From Rhizaria sp. SCN 62-66 (taxonomy: Eukaryota), in contig MEDY01000036.1 of the NCBI GenBank assembly GCA_001724265.1, positions 1 through 64,000 on the forward strand: a stretch of 64,000 nt of DNA, given 5' to 3'. The position numbers and the translations under genes are program-made. Positions 11,683-24,500 of the stretch are shown in pieces (position 1 is the stretch's first letter; each line of letters begins with the position of its first letter). The notes below the pieces were generated by a model. The model saw only the letters and a program-made list of their open reading frames with translations. It ran no database searches and had not been told where the DNA came from.

Positions 11683-13030
11683 CGTGGGGCGGGCGGACAC
11701 ACTCGCTTCAGCAAGCTAAGGCGCGACTAGGTAAGGCAAGCCAGTTATGATTAAAAAAGCTCAATGACGGGACTCAGCGTTGATGCAAGCGCAAGACCCG
11801 GCAGAGAGCGGGGGAAGCGCGGAAACAGCGGGCGCGGGCAAGGAGGTTGAAGAGGCGAGTCGTCAAGAGCGCTCTACGAGAAAACTGCGTGTTTTACAGG
11901 GCTAAAATCAATTTTAAGAAATGGCGGTAAGATGTTGCATTGAAAAACAAACGTAGTATACAAGTATCGTATCATATTCGTTATGGACGATCATGGAGAG
12001 GCTGCTGACGAGGCCGAGTTGCGCTCCCCAAAGTCGAAGTGTTTGGGGCTACGGCCGAATTTATGACACGGATACACAGTCTTTCCGAGATCTGAATGAT
12101 ATGCGACGGTAAAAGATAGGCAGAACTAACAACGGTTGTTCCTACATAGAATGCGCACCTCAAAACAACAACGCCAAGCAACCAAAATCACTTGATGAGG
12201 CAAGCGCAAGGTTTCCTCACCGAAAGATAGCATAACCCACGGTCGTAAGTCGGCTCAGCGCGTGCGAAGCGCTAGTACCAGCGTCCTATTACTTCAGAAG
12301 TTAGAAGCACAATGCAACCAGAAGGCATCCGCGTGAAACTGAACTACATGCGAATCCAAGTTGTTTTCTTTGTATTGGTGAGAATATATTTGCTGCTGAC
12401 CTTCGTGTCACACTGTCTATCACGGCCATCACTTGTTTACTTTTCGTGTTGGCCTGGCATTGCGGTACATTTCATAAACACGTACAGCTTTCGTTGAACA
12501 CATCGATCACAGTTCTGTCATTACACGTGAGTCTACATTACCAACCACAAATACGAGTCGCACATATCGTACTCGTAATAAATATTATTAGATCGCTTGC
12601 TTCTTAGAAAGAAAAGCTGCTGTCAAAATACACACACAGTGATTACCTTTGTCTCACGTGTTCTTCTTGAGTTGACAATGATACACACATCATCAAAACA
12701 GTAAAGTGCACGACGCGTAGTCATTGTCACTGGGCAACACTATCGTTTCGTTAATGTTCCTTGGGTACTACCTCATCGTTTTTCGAACACAACGTGAAAT
12801 GATATCAACAACAGATAAGGACCATTTTACCCCAATAAATATAAAGTTTCATCAAACCATCGTATCATATCACACCACCAACACATCATGTAACGTCTTT
12901 GCACTGATCCGTGCGCGTGTAGTATGCAATGAGCCCCATTCTCGCAGCTATGTCTACTGTTGACAGACACAGTATCTTGTAGACACAGAACAGACCTTGA
13001 CCGGTCACCGGTCAGCGGTCACTGCGGTCC

Positions 13031-14326
13031 TCAGTGCTTGCCGCCCTTGGCGGCGCTGGGGTCGGCGCCCATCATCTCGGCAAACTGCGCCATCATGTAC
13101 TGCGCGACGGTGAAGGAGAAGACGAGCTTGGGTCCGACGGTGAGGACCTTTGGCACGATGCCGCGCGCGAAAGCCGTCACGCCCTCGGTGCGCACGATGT
13201 CGCGCACAACCTGCAGCCCGGAGACCTTGTGCCCAAAGTCCTGGTTCTGCACGCGCGTCTTGATCACGTCCATCGGCGACGACACCATGAGCGAGAGGAT
13301 CGAGCCCGCCGCCGCGGCCGTGAACGTCTCGAGCAGCGTAGGCACGCGCTTCGCCCGGACCTCGGGGGCAGCGGCGAACGCGGTGCCAGTCGCTACGGCC
13401 GCGCCGCTCTTCTTGCTGTTGCTGTAGGACGCGTCGGGGAACATGTACTCGCGGACTGCGGCGCTGCCGCCGAAGAGCGCGAGGGAGCCGGGCACGTTGC
13501 GCGCGGCCGTCCAGGTCGCGCCAGCGTAGAGGTTGCGGCCCTCCTTGGCGATGATGCCCAGGAAGGAGCGGTTTGAGAGCGCGCCGGGGTTGGTCTGCGC
13601 CTTGATCTTCATCACGTCGAGCGGCAGCAGCATCACCTCGCCGAGCCCGACCATGACGCCCGCCGTTGCGTCAATCGCGATGCGGCCGTTGCGCTCGCCC
13701 AGAGTGCGGTCCAGCAGGGCGGCGTAGCGCGAGCCTTGCATGAGGTCGCGCGCGAGCGGCTGGCCGCCAAACTTGTACACGCGCTGCGCAATCTTGTACG
13801 AGACGGCGTACGACAGCCCCGGGTAGAGGGAGCTGACGCGCGCGGCCACGGTCGCCGTGGGCAGCGCAGCGGGGCCTGTGAAGATGATGCCAGCGACGTG
13901 GTGCGCCAGCTGCTGCGGGGTCGCGCCGCGCGGCATCACGGGCCCGTGGTGCGACATCAGGCGCTTGACGATCGTGTCGATGGGGTGGAAGAAGCAGATC
14001 TCGAGGATCGCGGCCGCGGTGGGACCCAGGATGCGGGACAGCGCAGTCACGGTTGCGGACGGGGGCTGCGTCACCGCGGCGGAGGGCTGCGATGCCGGCG
14101 CCTGCGACGCGGATGACTGCGCTGACAGTGACAACGAGGACGGAGAGGCCGGGGAGCGAGAGGACGAGGCCTGGACCATCGAGGCAGCGGGGGCGGCGGC
14201 GGAGTCTGTGGGGAGGAGGGGGCTGCTGCTCAGGAGGGCCGGGACTGGGGACGCGGTGTGGGGGCTCACCACGGGCCCGTGGATTTGTGAAACAAGGCTT
14301 CTAGATGAATCCGAAGGGGTGCTCAT
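13031..14326 (-). CDS. GGC1: Mitochondrial carrier family protein, GTP/GDP carrier Ggc1/Yhm1-like, 431 aa
   Basis: Three carrier signatures (HPIDTIVKR, LPLDVMKIK, SPMDVIKTR) and Ggc1-like segments YKIAQRVYKFGGQP, WTAARNVPGSLALFGG and PKVLTVGPKLVFSF; TGA stop. The 5' end is uncertain because an acceptor-like pyrimidine tract plus AG precedes the ATG. Confidence 0.9.
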   Translation of the reverse strand: MSTPSDSSRSLVSQIHGPVVSPHTASPVPALLSSSPLLPTDSAAAPAASMVQASSSRSPASPSSLSLSAQSSASQAPASQPSAAVTQPPSATVTALSRILGPTAAAILEICFFHPIDTIVKRLMSHHGPVMPRGATPQQLAHHVAGIIFTGPAALPTATVAARVSSLYPGLSYAVSYKIAQRVYKFGGQPLARDLMQGSRYAALLDRTLGERNGRIAIDATAGVMVGLGEVMLLPLDVMKIKAQTNPGALSNRSFLGIIAKEGRNLYAGATWTAARNVPGSLALFGGSAAVREYMFPDASYSNSKKSGAAVATGTAFAAAPEVRAKRVPTLLETFTAAAAGSILSLMVSSPMDVIKTRVQNQDFGHKVSGLQVVRDIVRTEGVTAFARGIVPKVLTVGPKLVFSFTVAQYMMAQFAEMMGADPSAAKGGKH

Positions 14327-15115
14327 CTATGGGTGTGAAAACAAATCGAAAAGACTCCAGTGGGCGGAGAGTGCGGTGAGAAATGCACAAGGGAACAGGG
14401 CTGGGCAGGACAAACTCCGAGGACGTGTGTAGCGAGACAAAACAGTGCGCAATAAACGCAAGAAAAGAATACATATGTAAAAGATGCATTTCTACCATAT
14501 ACTACAACGCTATTCTTCTAGCACGGACTCGGCACCGGGCGGTATGCGCTTTTCTATACCGCGCCGTCGCAGCAAAACTGGCGACGGTCGTCTGTGGTGG
14601 GTGTGGCGGCAGACGGTTCTCAAAAATGCGAGTATCGTTTTTGGCGCTCTGCTCGATCTTTGATGTAGCAGGCCAGCGGACCACTGTATTCGAAATTAAA
14701 CAAATGCTATCGTTTTGATTGAGAGATCTTCACTTTACTGTGGAACTATGCGCTCTGGGATTGCTGGGAACACGACCTTCGGGCGTGGCCATCGTTAATG
14801 AGCTGTCCCTCGCGCTCGATGAGAGCGTCGCATGAGCTACCCTTCTGCAAGCCCGTCGGGCGCTTGCTGCACTCCGTCTCTCAACAAGCGACTTTTTTAC
14901 TTGTGACATAACCTGCATTTCCCACCCAGATCGTATTTTGGTGTAGCTTCAACTCACCGTTATCGCTTTATATCCGCTCCACTTGTTTCTCCCCTCTCTT
15001 TCTGCAGTCCTTCACCTCCCTTGCTATTCACTTTAGCACTCTGTTGGTGTATCACAGCTCTTTTTTCGCTCTACTGCCGACTCTGCGCTCCTGCACCGCG
15101 CTATCACCGTTGACA

Positions 15116-18016
15116 ATGGATCCCGGTGGCATCTCTACAGCGTCCTACGCTGGCGCACACGGTGACAATACGCATAGCACAGATCCGAGCAGCATCGCAG
15201 CAGCGACCGCTGCGGCTGCTCGCGCGAAGCGTCCTGCCGACCCGGCGTGGACACAGCCGCCCGGCAGCGCTGGTGACGCCGCCGGTGACAACAGCGGGAC
15301 TGCGCTGGCCCACCCGGCCCCGCCCCAGCCCACCCCAACCCCTGCGACGACCACGACGACGACCGGGCGGCAGCCTCGCGTGGCGGGCGTGTGGCACATC
15401 GATCCCCTGCTGGGCATCCGCCGCCCCGCGACGTCGTTTGTGCAGTTCCAGTCCGAAAGCACGGAACGCATTAAGGCGCACGCCACGGCGACCGGCCAGC
15501 GCACCAGCGCGGCGGCTTCGGCGCTGTGGCGCGACATGCCCGAGGCCGAGAAGGCCAAGTTCACGGCGCGCACCGAGGCCGAGATGGCCGTGTACAACGC
15601 GCGCCTCACCGCGCTGGGCGTGCCCGTTACCGCCAAGGTCGTCTGGGTTGCGCCCGCCAACGGCGCGCCTGCTCTCTTTGTACCCGACACCACAGACCTC
15701 TCCACTGTGCCTTCCTCCTCCTCCTCCTCGTCCTCCTCCTCGTCCTCCTCCTCCTCCTTCGCCGCCGCCGCCGCCGCCGCCGCCGCGGGCGCGGGCGCAG
15801 GCGCGGGCAGCGGCGCGTCGACGTTGCTGGCGGACATGGTGGACGCACTAACGCACCCGCCGCAGCCGGGCGCGGTGATAGGCAAGCGCGCCGCCAAGCC
15901 CCAGTCGCGGCTGGCCGACACTGTTGCCGACCTGGAGGCGTCCCACGCAGCCACCGGCGGCGGCGGCGGCGGCGCCAAGTCCGGCGGCGCGCGCGCGTCC
16001 TTGTCATCCTCATCCTCGGGCGGCCTGACGTCTTCCAGCGGCGGCGGCGGCCTTCACTACGCCCTCGAGATCCCCGTCGCCCGCGCGCGCGCGCTCGCCG
16101 CGGCCCTGCCCGACGGCGGCGCGCTGACGACCGAGTCGGCCACGGTCCTCGCGCGCTGCGGCGAGCTCTTCCTGCTGTGGCTATGCCGCCGGCTGCACGA
16201 GTCGGCCTCGGAGGCGGGCCGCCGCACGCTCACGGCGTTGGACCTGCAGCGCACGGTCAAGACGCTGCCGCAGCTGACGTTTCTGCGCGCCGCACTGGGC
16301 GCCGTGCAGGGCCAGCACATCGTGCCCAACTTTGACACCACGGCCGAGGAGCTCGCGCAGAGCCGGCAGGCCGCGGCCGAGCACGAGGCCGAGGCCGCTG
16401 CGGAGGCTGCCGCCGCCGACGCCGCCGCGGGCAGCGGCAACGGCGGCGCGGGCGCGGCGGCGGGCGGCAAGACGCCCAAGCCCCGCGCGCCCCGCTCTAA
16501 GGCCCCCGCCGCCGCCGCTGCTGCCGCTGCTGCTGCCGCTGCCGTCGGTGCCGCCGGGTCGAGTGATGACGCCGGCGCTGCGGCCACTTCGCTCGGCGGC
16601 CTCGACGGCGACGCCGACGCCGCGGGCGCTGCTGCCGGCGCGGGCGCGACTCCTAAGAAGCCCCGCGGGCCGAGCAAGAAGGCTCTCGCGGCGGCCGCCG
16701 CCGCTGCGACTTCTGCTGCCGCTGCCGAGGCCGCCGCGGCCGCAGCTGCTGCGACAACTGCGGCCGGCGGCACCGAAGCTGAGGCCGCTGCCGCTGCCGC
16801 CGCAGCGATCGCCGCCGTGAATGCCGCTGCCGCTGCCAGCGCCGACGCTGCTGCGGCGGCGCCGAAGCCGCGCGTCTCGAAGAAGAAGGCCGCTGCCGAC
16901 GCCGTTGCCACGGACGACTCCACTGGCACCACGACCGCGGGTGCTGCGGCGAAGGCTGCGACGCCCGCCAAGCGCCAGCCCAAGGGCCGCGCCTCCGCCG
17001 GTGCCGCCGCTGGCGCTGGGGTTGGGGCTGCCATGGGCGGCCCGCTCGTGGATGAAGAGGGCAAGCCTGTTGACGTCAACGACCCCGTGGCGGTGGCGGC
17101 CGCGTCGCTGCTCCACGCCGTGCGTGCCACGACGGCCGCGGTCGCGGCGGCGCTCGCGGAGCGGCAGCGGCTGCAGGACGAGAAGCAGGCGGTGGCGTCG
17201 TTGCTGACCAACACGGTGGCGGCCATGACCGTGCGGCAGACGGAACACGCCGCAGCGGTTGCGGCGGCCCACGCGGCGACGAGCGCGCTCACGGCAGCCT
17301 CCACACAGGCCGGGTTCGGGGCGCTCGTGTCACCCGACATTGCGACGCTGCTGCGGGCGAACCCGGCGACGGCACTGGTGACGGCGCGCCACGACGCCGC
17401 GGCGGCCGCGCTGGACAAGAGCAAGACGGAGCTGGCGGGCCTCATGCAGCAGCTGCAGCGCACACAAGCGCGGCTGAACGCGGCCAACGCGGCGGAGCTC
17501 GCCGCGAACGCCGCGCTCGAGACGGCTGAGGCCGCGCAGAAGCGCGCCAAGGCGGCGTGGACCGCGCATCAGCGGGCGCGGAGCAAGGCCATCAAGGCCG
17601 AGGCCGAAGCCGACGCGGCCGCGGCGCGGGCGGCGACCGGGGACGCGGACGCCGGGGCGGACGCTGAGGCCGAGGCCGAGGCGGAGGCCGACACGCCGGC
17701 GGCGCTGGCAGCGCGAGCGGCGGCGCGCGCCGCGGCCGCTGCAGTGGTCGCGGCTACGGCGAGCGCGGGCGGCGCGGCGGGCAAGGGGCGGCAGCAGCAG
17801 GCTGCCACGGCGGCGCTGATGCAGAGCATTGTGACGACTGGACAGCAGCAACAACAGCTGATGCAGCAGCAGCAAGCACAACAGCTGCTTCAACAGCAGC
17901 AACAGCAACAGCAGGCAGGCGTGGTGACGCCGGAGGCGCAGTTGCTTTTTGCTCTCGTGCAACAACAGCAACAGCAGCAGCAACAGCAGCAACACTTCAT
18001 GAATGACAACATGTGA
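15116..18016 (+). CDS. HMG-box plus H2A-type histone-fold (NF-YC/POLE4/CHRAC-like) protein with Ala-rich, coiled-coil and poly-Q regions, 966 aa
   Basis: HMG box RRPATSFVQF...ASALWRDMPEAEKAKF...EMAVY (~15415-15610). Histone fold IPVARARALA...ESATVLARCGELFL..L...RRTLTALDLQRTV...LTFL (~16070-16290). ATG at 15116, TGA stop. Confidence 0.8.
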   Translation: MDPGGISTASYAGAHGDNTHSTDPSSIAAATAAAARAKRPADPAWTQPPGSAGDAAGDNSGTALAHPAPPQPTPTPATTTTTTGRQPRVAGVWHIDPLLGIRRPATSFVQFQSESTERIKAHATATGQRTSAAASALWRDMPEAEKAKFTARTEAEMAVYNARLTALGVPVTAKVVWVAPANGAPALFVPDTTDLSTVPSSSSSSSSSSSSSSSFAAAAAAAAAGAGAGAGSGASTLLADMVDALTHPPQPGAVIGKRAAKPQSRLADTVADLEASHAATGGGGGGAKSGGARASLSSSSSGGLTSSSGGGGLHYALEIPVARARALAAALPDGGALTTESATVLARCGELFLLWLCRRLHESASEAGRRTLTALDLQRTVKTLPQLTFLRAALGAVQGQHIVPNFDTTAEELAQSRQAAAEHEAEAAAEAAAADAAAGSGNGGAGAAAGGKTPKPRAPRSKAPAAAAAAAAAAAAVGAAGSSDDAGAAATSLGGLDGDADAAGAAAGAGATPKKPRGPSKKALAAAAAAATSAAAAEAAAAAAAATTAAGGTEAEAAAAAAAAIAAVNAAAAASADAAAAAPKPRVSKKKAAADAVATDDSTGTTTAGAAAKAATPAKRQPKGRASAGAAAGAGVGAAMGGPLVDEEGKPVDVNDPVAVAAASLLHAVRATTAAVAAALAERQRLQDEKQAVASLLTNTVAAMTVRQTEHAAAVAAAHAATSALTAASTQAGFGALVSPDIATLLRANPATALVTARHDAAAAALDKSKTELAGLMQQLQRTQARLNAANAAELAANAALETAEAAQKRAKAAWTAHQRARSKAIKAEAEADAAAARAATGDADAGADAEAEAEAEADTPAALAARAAARAAAAAVVAATASAGGAAGKGRQQQAATAALMQSIVTTGQQQQQLMQQQQAQQLLQQQQQQQQAGVVTPEAQLLFALVQQQQQQQQQQQHFMNDNM

Positions 18017-18501
18017 GCATGCTTATGCTCGCTAACGTCACCTTACAATTGAAATACCGATTGCTATCTATATATTCATTAATCGAGTCGAGCTACGCAC
18101 ACATTTACGTGACAGGCCGCAAATTTAGCTACATGAGCGTTGCGTCTTAGGGTCGTGTCGACTGTTATGTAAGTTTTTGAGTCATAAAACACTATGTACA
18201 AGTGTTAATACACAAATTCTCTATCACTTCCTAGAGTTGGCCATGAAAAGCTGTATATCCTCCTACAAACATGTGTTTGATGGAATTTAACCAGTGACGG
18301 GCTTAACACTATCAATCGCGCCCAGCGACTGCTATGATGGCCGGAATTTTCGCAGTAAATCCCGAACTCCCCAGTCGTTATTATAAAATGAATCTAGCTG
18401 CAAAGGAGAGAAATCTTTATATTTTGTATGCATTTCTTTTTATATTTCAAACCACGCTGAATGCCATTCTCTTTGGAATCTTTTGTTGCGTAGCTGCCAG
18501 C

Positions 18502-21500
18502 ATGGATCGCGGATCCTTCAATGGTCCTCCGCGACCAGGTCCTGCAGTGCCCCGGCTTTCCCTTTCCCCATCAGACTCTTCCCGCAGAGCTGCCACACCA
18601 GCTCACACCGTTGTGCCGAGCGTCTTTGCCCGTCCAGAAGACGATGCACTCGTTCAGCATCTCACTGCAGCATCAGTCGCCGACACCAGCAACTCTCGTC
18701 ACCCCTTGGCGAGTGCTGGCGTACCTTCGAGGACTCCAAATAGCGTCCCAGCTCCGCTCAGTGCTGTGACGCCCGCCCGACGTAACCCTGACCACGCGCC
18801 CCAGCTCCCGCGGCAGGCAGGACGTCACCCGCCGCGTCCCGCCGCGGTCCCCGCCTCTGCGAGCACGGTCAACGTCGACAGCCTCGGACTGCACTTGTCA
18901 CGCAATAACAGCGAGAGCTTCAGCGTGATCAACAACCACTCTGGTGCTTTTGCTGTTTGTGGTGAAGCCGGTGATGCTGCTGAGGACGATGTAACGCCAC
19001 AGCAACACAAGCGCCCGCGACTGGCAGCGCCACCGCTGCTGCAGCGGCTGCCGGCGCAGCACCCGCTACCTGCGCGCGCTCATGCACCGCAGGCGTCCAA
19101 TGTCCACGTGCAGACAACAACACTGTTGCCACAGCAGCAGCACAGGGCCGCAACGCCTGACTCAGCGGTGACGCCTGTGGCTGTCACGCCTGGCATCGTA
19201 AACACTCCCGTCGCACCATCTCGACTTGCGACGAGAGAGGCCACGCTTTTGCCTGTGCGAAAGTCTCGTGCAAGCCAGTTGGCGAGCGCGACAGGTAGCA
19301 GTGCGGCAGGCAACAGCTTGGGGGAGCCCGTTCAAGGTAGTACGAACAATATCTACAGCAGTCACTTTGACGATATCAGTGACGGCTACGATGGAGGTAT
19401 TGACTATGCGAGCATTGCTCTTGCTGCGTCCAATGTATCCAGCGCCCATACCAGCATTAGCACCCGCACCGAAAGCGCGAATATCAATCACATGAACAAT
19501 CGCCATATGTTTATGACCCCTGTTGACACTTCTTCAGGCACTACTGCTCCGCACAAGCAGCATGTTGCTAATCGTCACTCGACTGCTGTGAACGTAGTGG
19601 TGAGTGATATCGACGATGAGTATGAGTATTACGACTCGAATACTCATGCCGCCGGCGGCCGCAACAACATCACAGGCAAGAACGCGCAACACCAGAACGT
19701 ACGTGCATATGGTGGTGCTCGTGCTGCGCGCGCGCCGCCACCGATGCCGAGTATCTCTCCACTGCCGCCTAATGTGAACAACACCGGCGTGGGCATGAAC
19801 AACTCGAATACCCAGACGGAAAACGCGTATCTGCCGACGACCAATCCTGTCAACACTGGATCAAGTGTCAGTCAAGGTGTGCATGCTAGTGGCAGCGAGT
19901 ATTCGCCGTTCTATCAGACTCCATCAGCGCCAGTGCAACACCAGCACTACAACAAACTTCAGCCGCAGCGGAGACACATGCCACAACATGGTATTAACAA
20001 CAGCGACTCGACTAGCGATATGGCGACCCCTGGTAGCGCTACTTCTGGCTCCGTTGCTCGTTGTGCAAAGACTTCCACGCCAAGTGTTGGTAAGCACACA
20101 CATGCTTCTGTGCAGCATGGACACCTTCAACATCAACACCAGCCTCTTCAGCAGCAACAGCGCCGTAAGCCTCCAGTTGCCCCTGTTCCGGCTCTCTCTC
20201 CCGCACTGCCGGTTGCAAAACAGATTGGCCTAGTGAGTTCAAGTGCTGGTAGTGTAGGTGCCGATGCTGCTGGTGCGCTCGATGACCCTCTTACTATGGC
20301 GATGGCAGCAATCAAGAACTTTCCCGTTGCGGACTCTGGTGCTCGCGATGCCGCGCAAGCGCAGAACCGCAATCGGGCACCCAAGAGCAAGACTATGAAG
20401 CATGGCAACATTGCTAGCGAGTCCGACAACGCCTATGACCAGCATGCAGACAACCCTGACTTCAATGAGAATATTAACGACGTCGACGACGGCCATCTGC
20501 AGCAACAACACCAACAATACGATGCTCGTGCCAGTGATGCCGCTGCAACTAATTCCGACAACATTGGATGGGGAAACAACACTCTGACAGGTGTCAGTGA
20601 CGACGACGGGATCTCAGTGCTCTCGCTTCCGCGCCTGATGGCGTCCTTCTGTTCAGTCACCATGACGCCGTTGCTCCCACTAACGCACTCCATCACTGTC
20701 ACGGCGCGCAACAATATCGGCAACACCAGCAACCGTGATCCGAGTGCAGCCCTGGGCGCGAGCACAGCAATCAGCGACGCCGGGAGCTCTGCTGTGAGCG
20801 ATCGTGGGAATCTAGCGTCAACTGGTCGTGGCGGTCATGAGCATTTGCTGACTCTGAACAATGAAGATCTTGATTCTGCCGTGTTATCCTTTGCACCACC
20901 TTCTGGCCCTCAGATCCAACCCTACCGGCGCACAACATCCAAAACGAATACTTTTGCAACTGTATTTTCGAACGCCGTTGTTGGAGCAATTGCTGCAACC
21001 TGGGCTAACATGAGCACACGTGCTGATGACGCCGTTCCTGTTAGCTTGGCCGATCGTGCTCGTGCTGCTGCGAATGTTAGTATTCTTAATAATATGCTAT
21101 GCGAGTCTGTCACCCCAGTCCCCTTCATCTCCGCGCTGCCCCCTATCCCCAACGGCTTAACCTACCACGCGTCCCTCATGCCGACGGTAATCCCTCCTCC
21201 CGTTCCCGTCACTGCTATGAGGCGGCGCCACTTACGCGAGCCTGCACTAGTGCCCTTGCACTCGGACATGACTCGCGACGGCAGTGACATCGACAACAAT
21301 AGTGGCAGTGGTAGGGATACTGGTGTAGGTGCCTTGGCACTCGGAGGCCGACTGTGGGCATCGTCCGCCAATCCCATTCTGTTTCTCACCACCGCTATCA
21401 ACAATCACATGAATAACCATACTTTGTGGACCGAAATCGTCAACGGCCACAGTGCAGGCAGCCGGAACAACAACGGTGTGAAGCAGGCACGATTGATGCA

Positions 21501-24500
21501 GCATTTGGCGACTTGCGACAGGACGACACGATCGCAGGATTTAGCTGCTCTTGTAGTCGCGCTGCTATCGCCACTGACGTCACCGTCGCACGCGCACGTT
21601 CACGGCGGCAGTAACGGCACTGCTCGAAATTCGGACACCAATTCTGGTAGGCCAGAGACTTCCAGCGTCAGTACGCCGTGTCACACCGCTATTGTCGACT
21701 ATCTAAGTGGGCGGGCACGTCTTGTGCGGGCATCGGCATTGCTTGGCACGACGAAGGCTGTTACGTTCTACGCCAACTCGTTTTCGACGACAAATCCTAG
21801 CAATCATGCTGCCCAAGCTCCGGTGTTGCCGCTTTGTGGTGCCGATGCATACGGACTTGGCGTATTGTTGTCGAACTTATCTATTGCAACAACACATGGT
21901 GCACACAGCTCTAACTATGCTCGCGGCATGAAGACAAGGGTAACCCGTGTCCGTGATTATGCAGCTGCTGTCGCAACGGTCCACACTGCCCTCAGTGCGC
22001 ACGCAGCTCAAGCAGCAACAATGACTGTGCACCCCTCCAATGCGACACTTTCTGACGACTCTCAGGACGAGCTCGGATCACTGACTGTTGCTGCTCGCTG
22101 TGCGTCTCTCTCGGCTGCGCTGCCGCTCGGCTTGCCTTTTTACAGCCGCCTAGACGTAGTCCCTTGGCGAACTACCCGCGTCACTAACGCCCTGCATTTG
22201 CTCCCTGCGCTTGCCGTCACACAGACGAACACAAAGGCTTGTAATGACCACGATATTGTGACACGTACTAGTAATCGCACCCAAAAAAGCAATCATGACA
22301 ATGGAGCGACCTCAAGCGCTGTTTCCGATGCCCCCAGCTGTATGTCTACAGTCACTTTTGACCCCACCGTTGTGATTCCGACTTACGTTCGGCAAGATAT
22401 CCACCGCTATGCACACCTATACCCCTCAGTGCCGACTGCAAATCCACCGTTAGTCGTTTCCGCAGCTGCAGCCGCGGCACTTGCGTGCGGTGCGGGTGCC
22501 TCTCTTGCCACATCTATGGGCGCGAACGCATTCGGTTCAGGTGCAACTGGCACTTGGGGCACTGCCGGGAAAGGCGCTGTTGAAACACCTTCATCTTTGT
22601 ACAAGGCAGGGTCAGATCTACCTATCTCCGTTTGGGACTATGTCAGCGCGCACAGTGTTGAAAGCGAAACATGGGAATGGTGGGCACAAGCTGTGACCGC
22701 GAGGCTTGCTGATAGTCACGGCAACAAAGACTCAACTTTGTATGATGATCTAACGAGTGCGAGCGTGTATGATGAATACGATCGCCACAACGAGCGCAAA
22801 ATGGCCGACGACACTATCGGAGATGATCACAACATGTCGGTTGCGCGTGTAGCAGGTGCGGAAAAAACGAATGCTAACACAACACCGCAATCTACTGCTG
22901 ATGTTCTGCTGTCGGTCGACCCCCTGCTACGATTCGCTGATCTGTATCTCACCAGCGACAGCGTTATGCTTCATAACCACGAAGCAGAGATTCCCGCGCA
23001 GCAGCTGGGCAGTGACAGTGTTAGTGACGATGCTTTGTTGCTGTCTGTCTTGTCCGCCGTTCTGTCTTCCTCGGCAACTGCACATGGGTTTATGACGGCG
23101 CGTACTTCGATTACAAAGTCAGCCGCTACTGCATCCACGACCAATAACAACTCTTCATCCGGGACTGCGACGGGTAATGCCGGTGTTGCAATTAATCGCG
23201 GAAAGCAAAAGCAGCGCGTGGCAGGGCAGTTTGTTGATGCTGGAAACTGTGACGAGGTTGATGGTGCTATCAAGTCTGAAGCCAATGCCAAGCTCGGCAC
23301 TAAGACGAAGATGGGTGGTCGGAACTTGATCATGCCAGTTCCTGACTTCACCGCAATTGAGAACCACAATTTTAGCGCTCCTGCGGCTGTTGCTCCAAAT
23401 GCTCGCAATAATAATAACAAGAACTACAATACTAGCAACAGCAGGAATCAGGTAAGGTCAACTGTTCCTTTGTCTGCACAAGAGACGCCGTATACACCAC
23501 AATCACTGAGCACGCCCGGGGCAGCGCTCTCAGTCACGTCAGCAGTCCCAGTAGCGCATTCGAATGCCGCAGAAGGAGCTGCAACGGTGCACGCGGTCGC
23601 AACGGCAGCAACGCCCGCGACAACCGTAACTCCTACCACGGTTGTTGACAGTAACAACACTCGTGGACACGCACGCGCCACCGCTGCGGCTGCTGGTGCC
23701 CCGCCGCGTCCTCCGCGCGATTCAAGCATTGCTAACAATGCTAGCAACATCTCTACGATTGTACAGTTCAGCACTGCAACTAATGCCAGTCGTGGTCTCG
23801 CATCACAAATTGGCGTTACGAGTAGCGCTGCAACACCGCTTTCTGGCAGTGATCTGAGGACACCTGCGAACCCTATCACAACGAAAAGTGCAGCACCTAT
23901 CGCGCGGAAGCGGGCTCTTGAATCAGACCACGACGGCGATCGTGGCAACCATGATGGTAACGGTCAAAACTCGAGAATTCAGTTTGCCCCTGCTCACAAA
24001 ACTAACCATCCACATGCTGCAACAGCAGATATGTCCGCACATGCTCTTGCGAACACCCATAGAAACGCGCATTCCGACTATGGTGTGGATGCACACATTC
24101 ATTTTGCAGCTGGACCCGACGCTGGTATCGATGGATACGGATATGGGGCTGAAGCTAATGACGACGACGAGGGTGATGACGAGGATGACGAAGTAGTCAG
24201 CGAGATCAAGTGGAAAAATCACTCTCGCCTACGTCGCCATTGCCGTGAATGTGCCACGATGTATGTTGCACGACAGCTCCAGCAGACCGCGGACGATAGC
24301 GACTCGGTTGCTGTTGACAAGTCGTCAGCGCTGTACGCAGCTGCTCGCGATCACGCTTCTTTGGTGCCGCTGTACCGCGCGCTGTTCTATCAAGCCAAGG
24401 CGTTGCTGTTCCCTGAAACCGGCCGGTTTAGCGGACGTGTGTTGCTGTCGACGAACGCAGTTGCGAGGGCCGTGGCAGCTGCCTTTGCATTAATTGCCCC

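Noticed and set aside
11716-11718. In-frame TAG upstream of the TBC start
   Set aside because: Reading through it reaches a TGA at 11763-11761 with no ATG; probably 5' UTR.
11750-13000. Short ORFs or a possible tRNA/snRNA (including a CUA-anticodon tRNA) in AT-rich intergenic DNA; also checked 25000-26100 and 43010-44100
   Set aside because: No coding bias, cloverleaf or recognisable snRNA motif by eye; tRNAscan-SE and Infernal would be needed to exclude them.
14327-14329. In-frame TAG immediately before the GGC1 ATG
   Set aside because: It follows a pyrimidine-rich tract and looks like a 3' splice acceptor or UTR, so I did not count it as a sense TAG.
24225-24270. HCRECATMY as a CtIP/Sae2 C-terminal CxxC motif
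   Set aside because: The downstream RHR and TPxxFW motifs of that family are not present.
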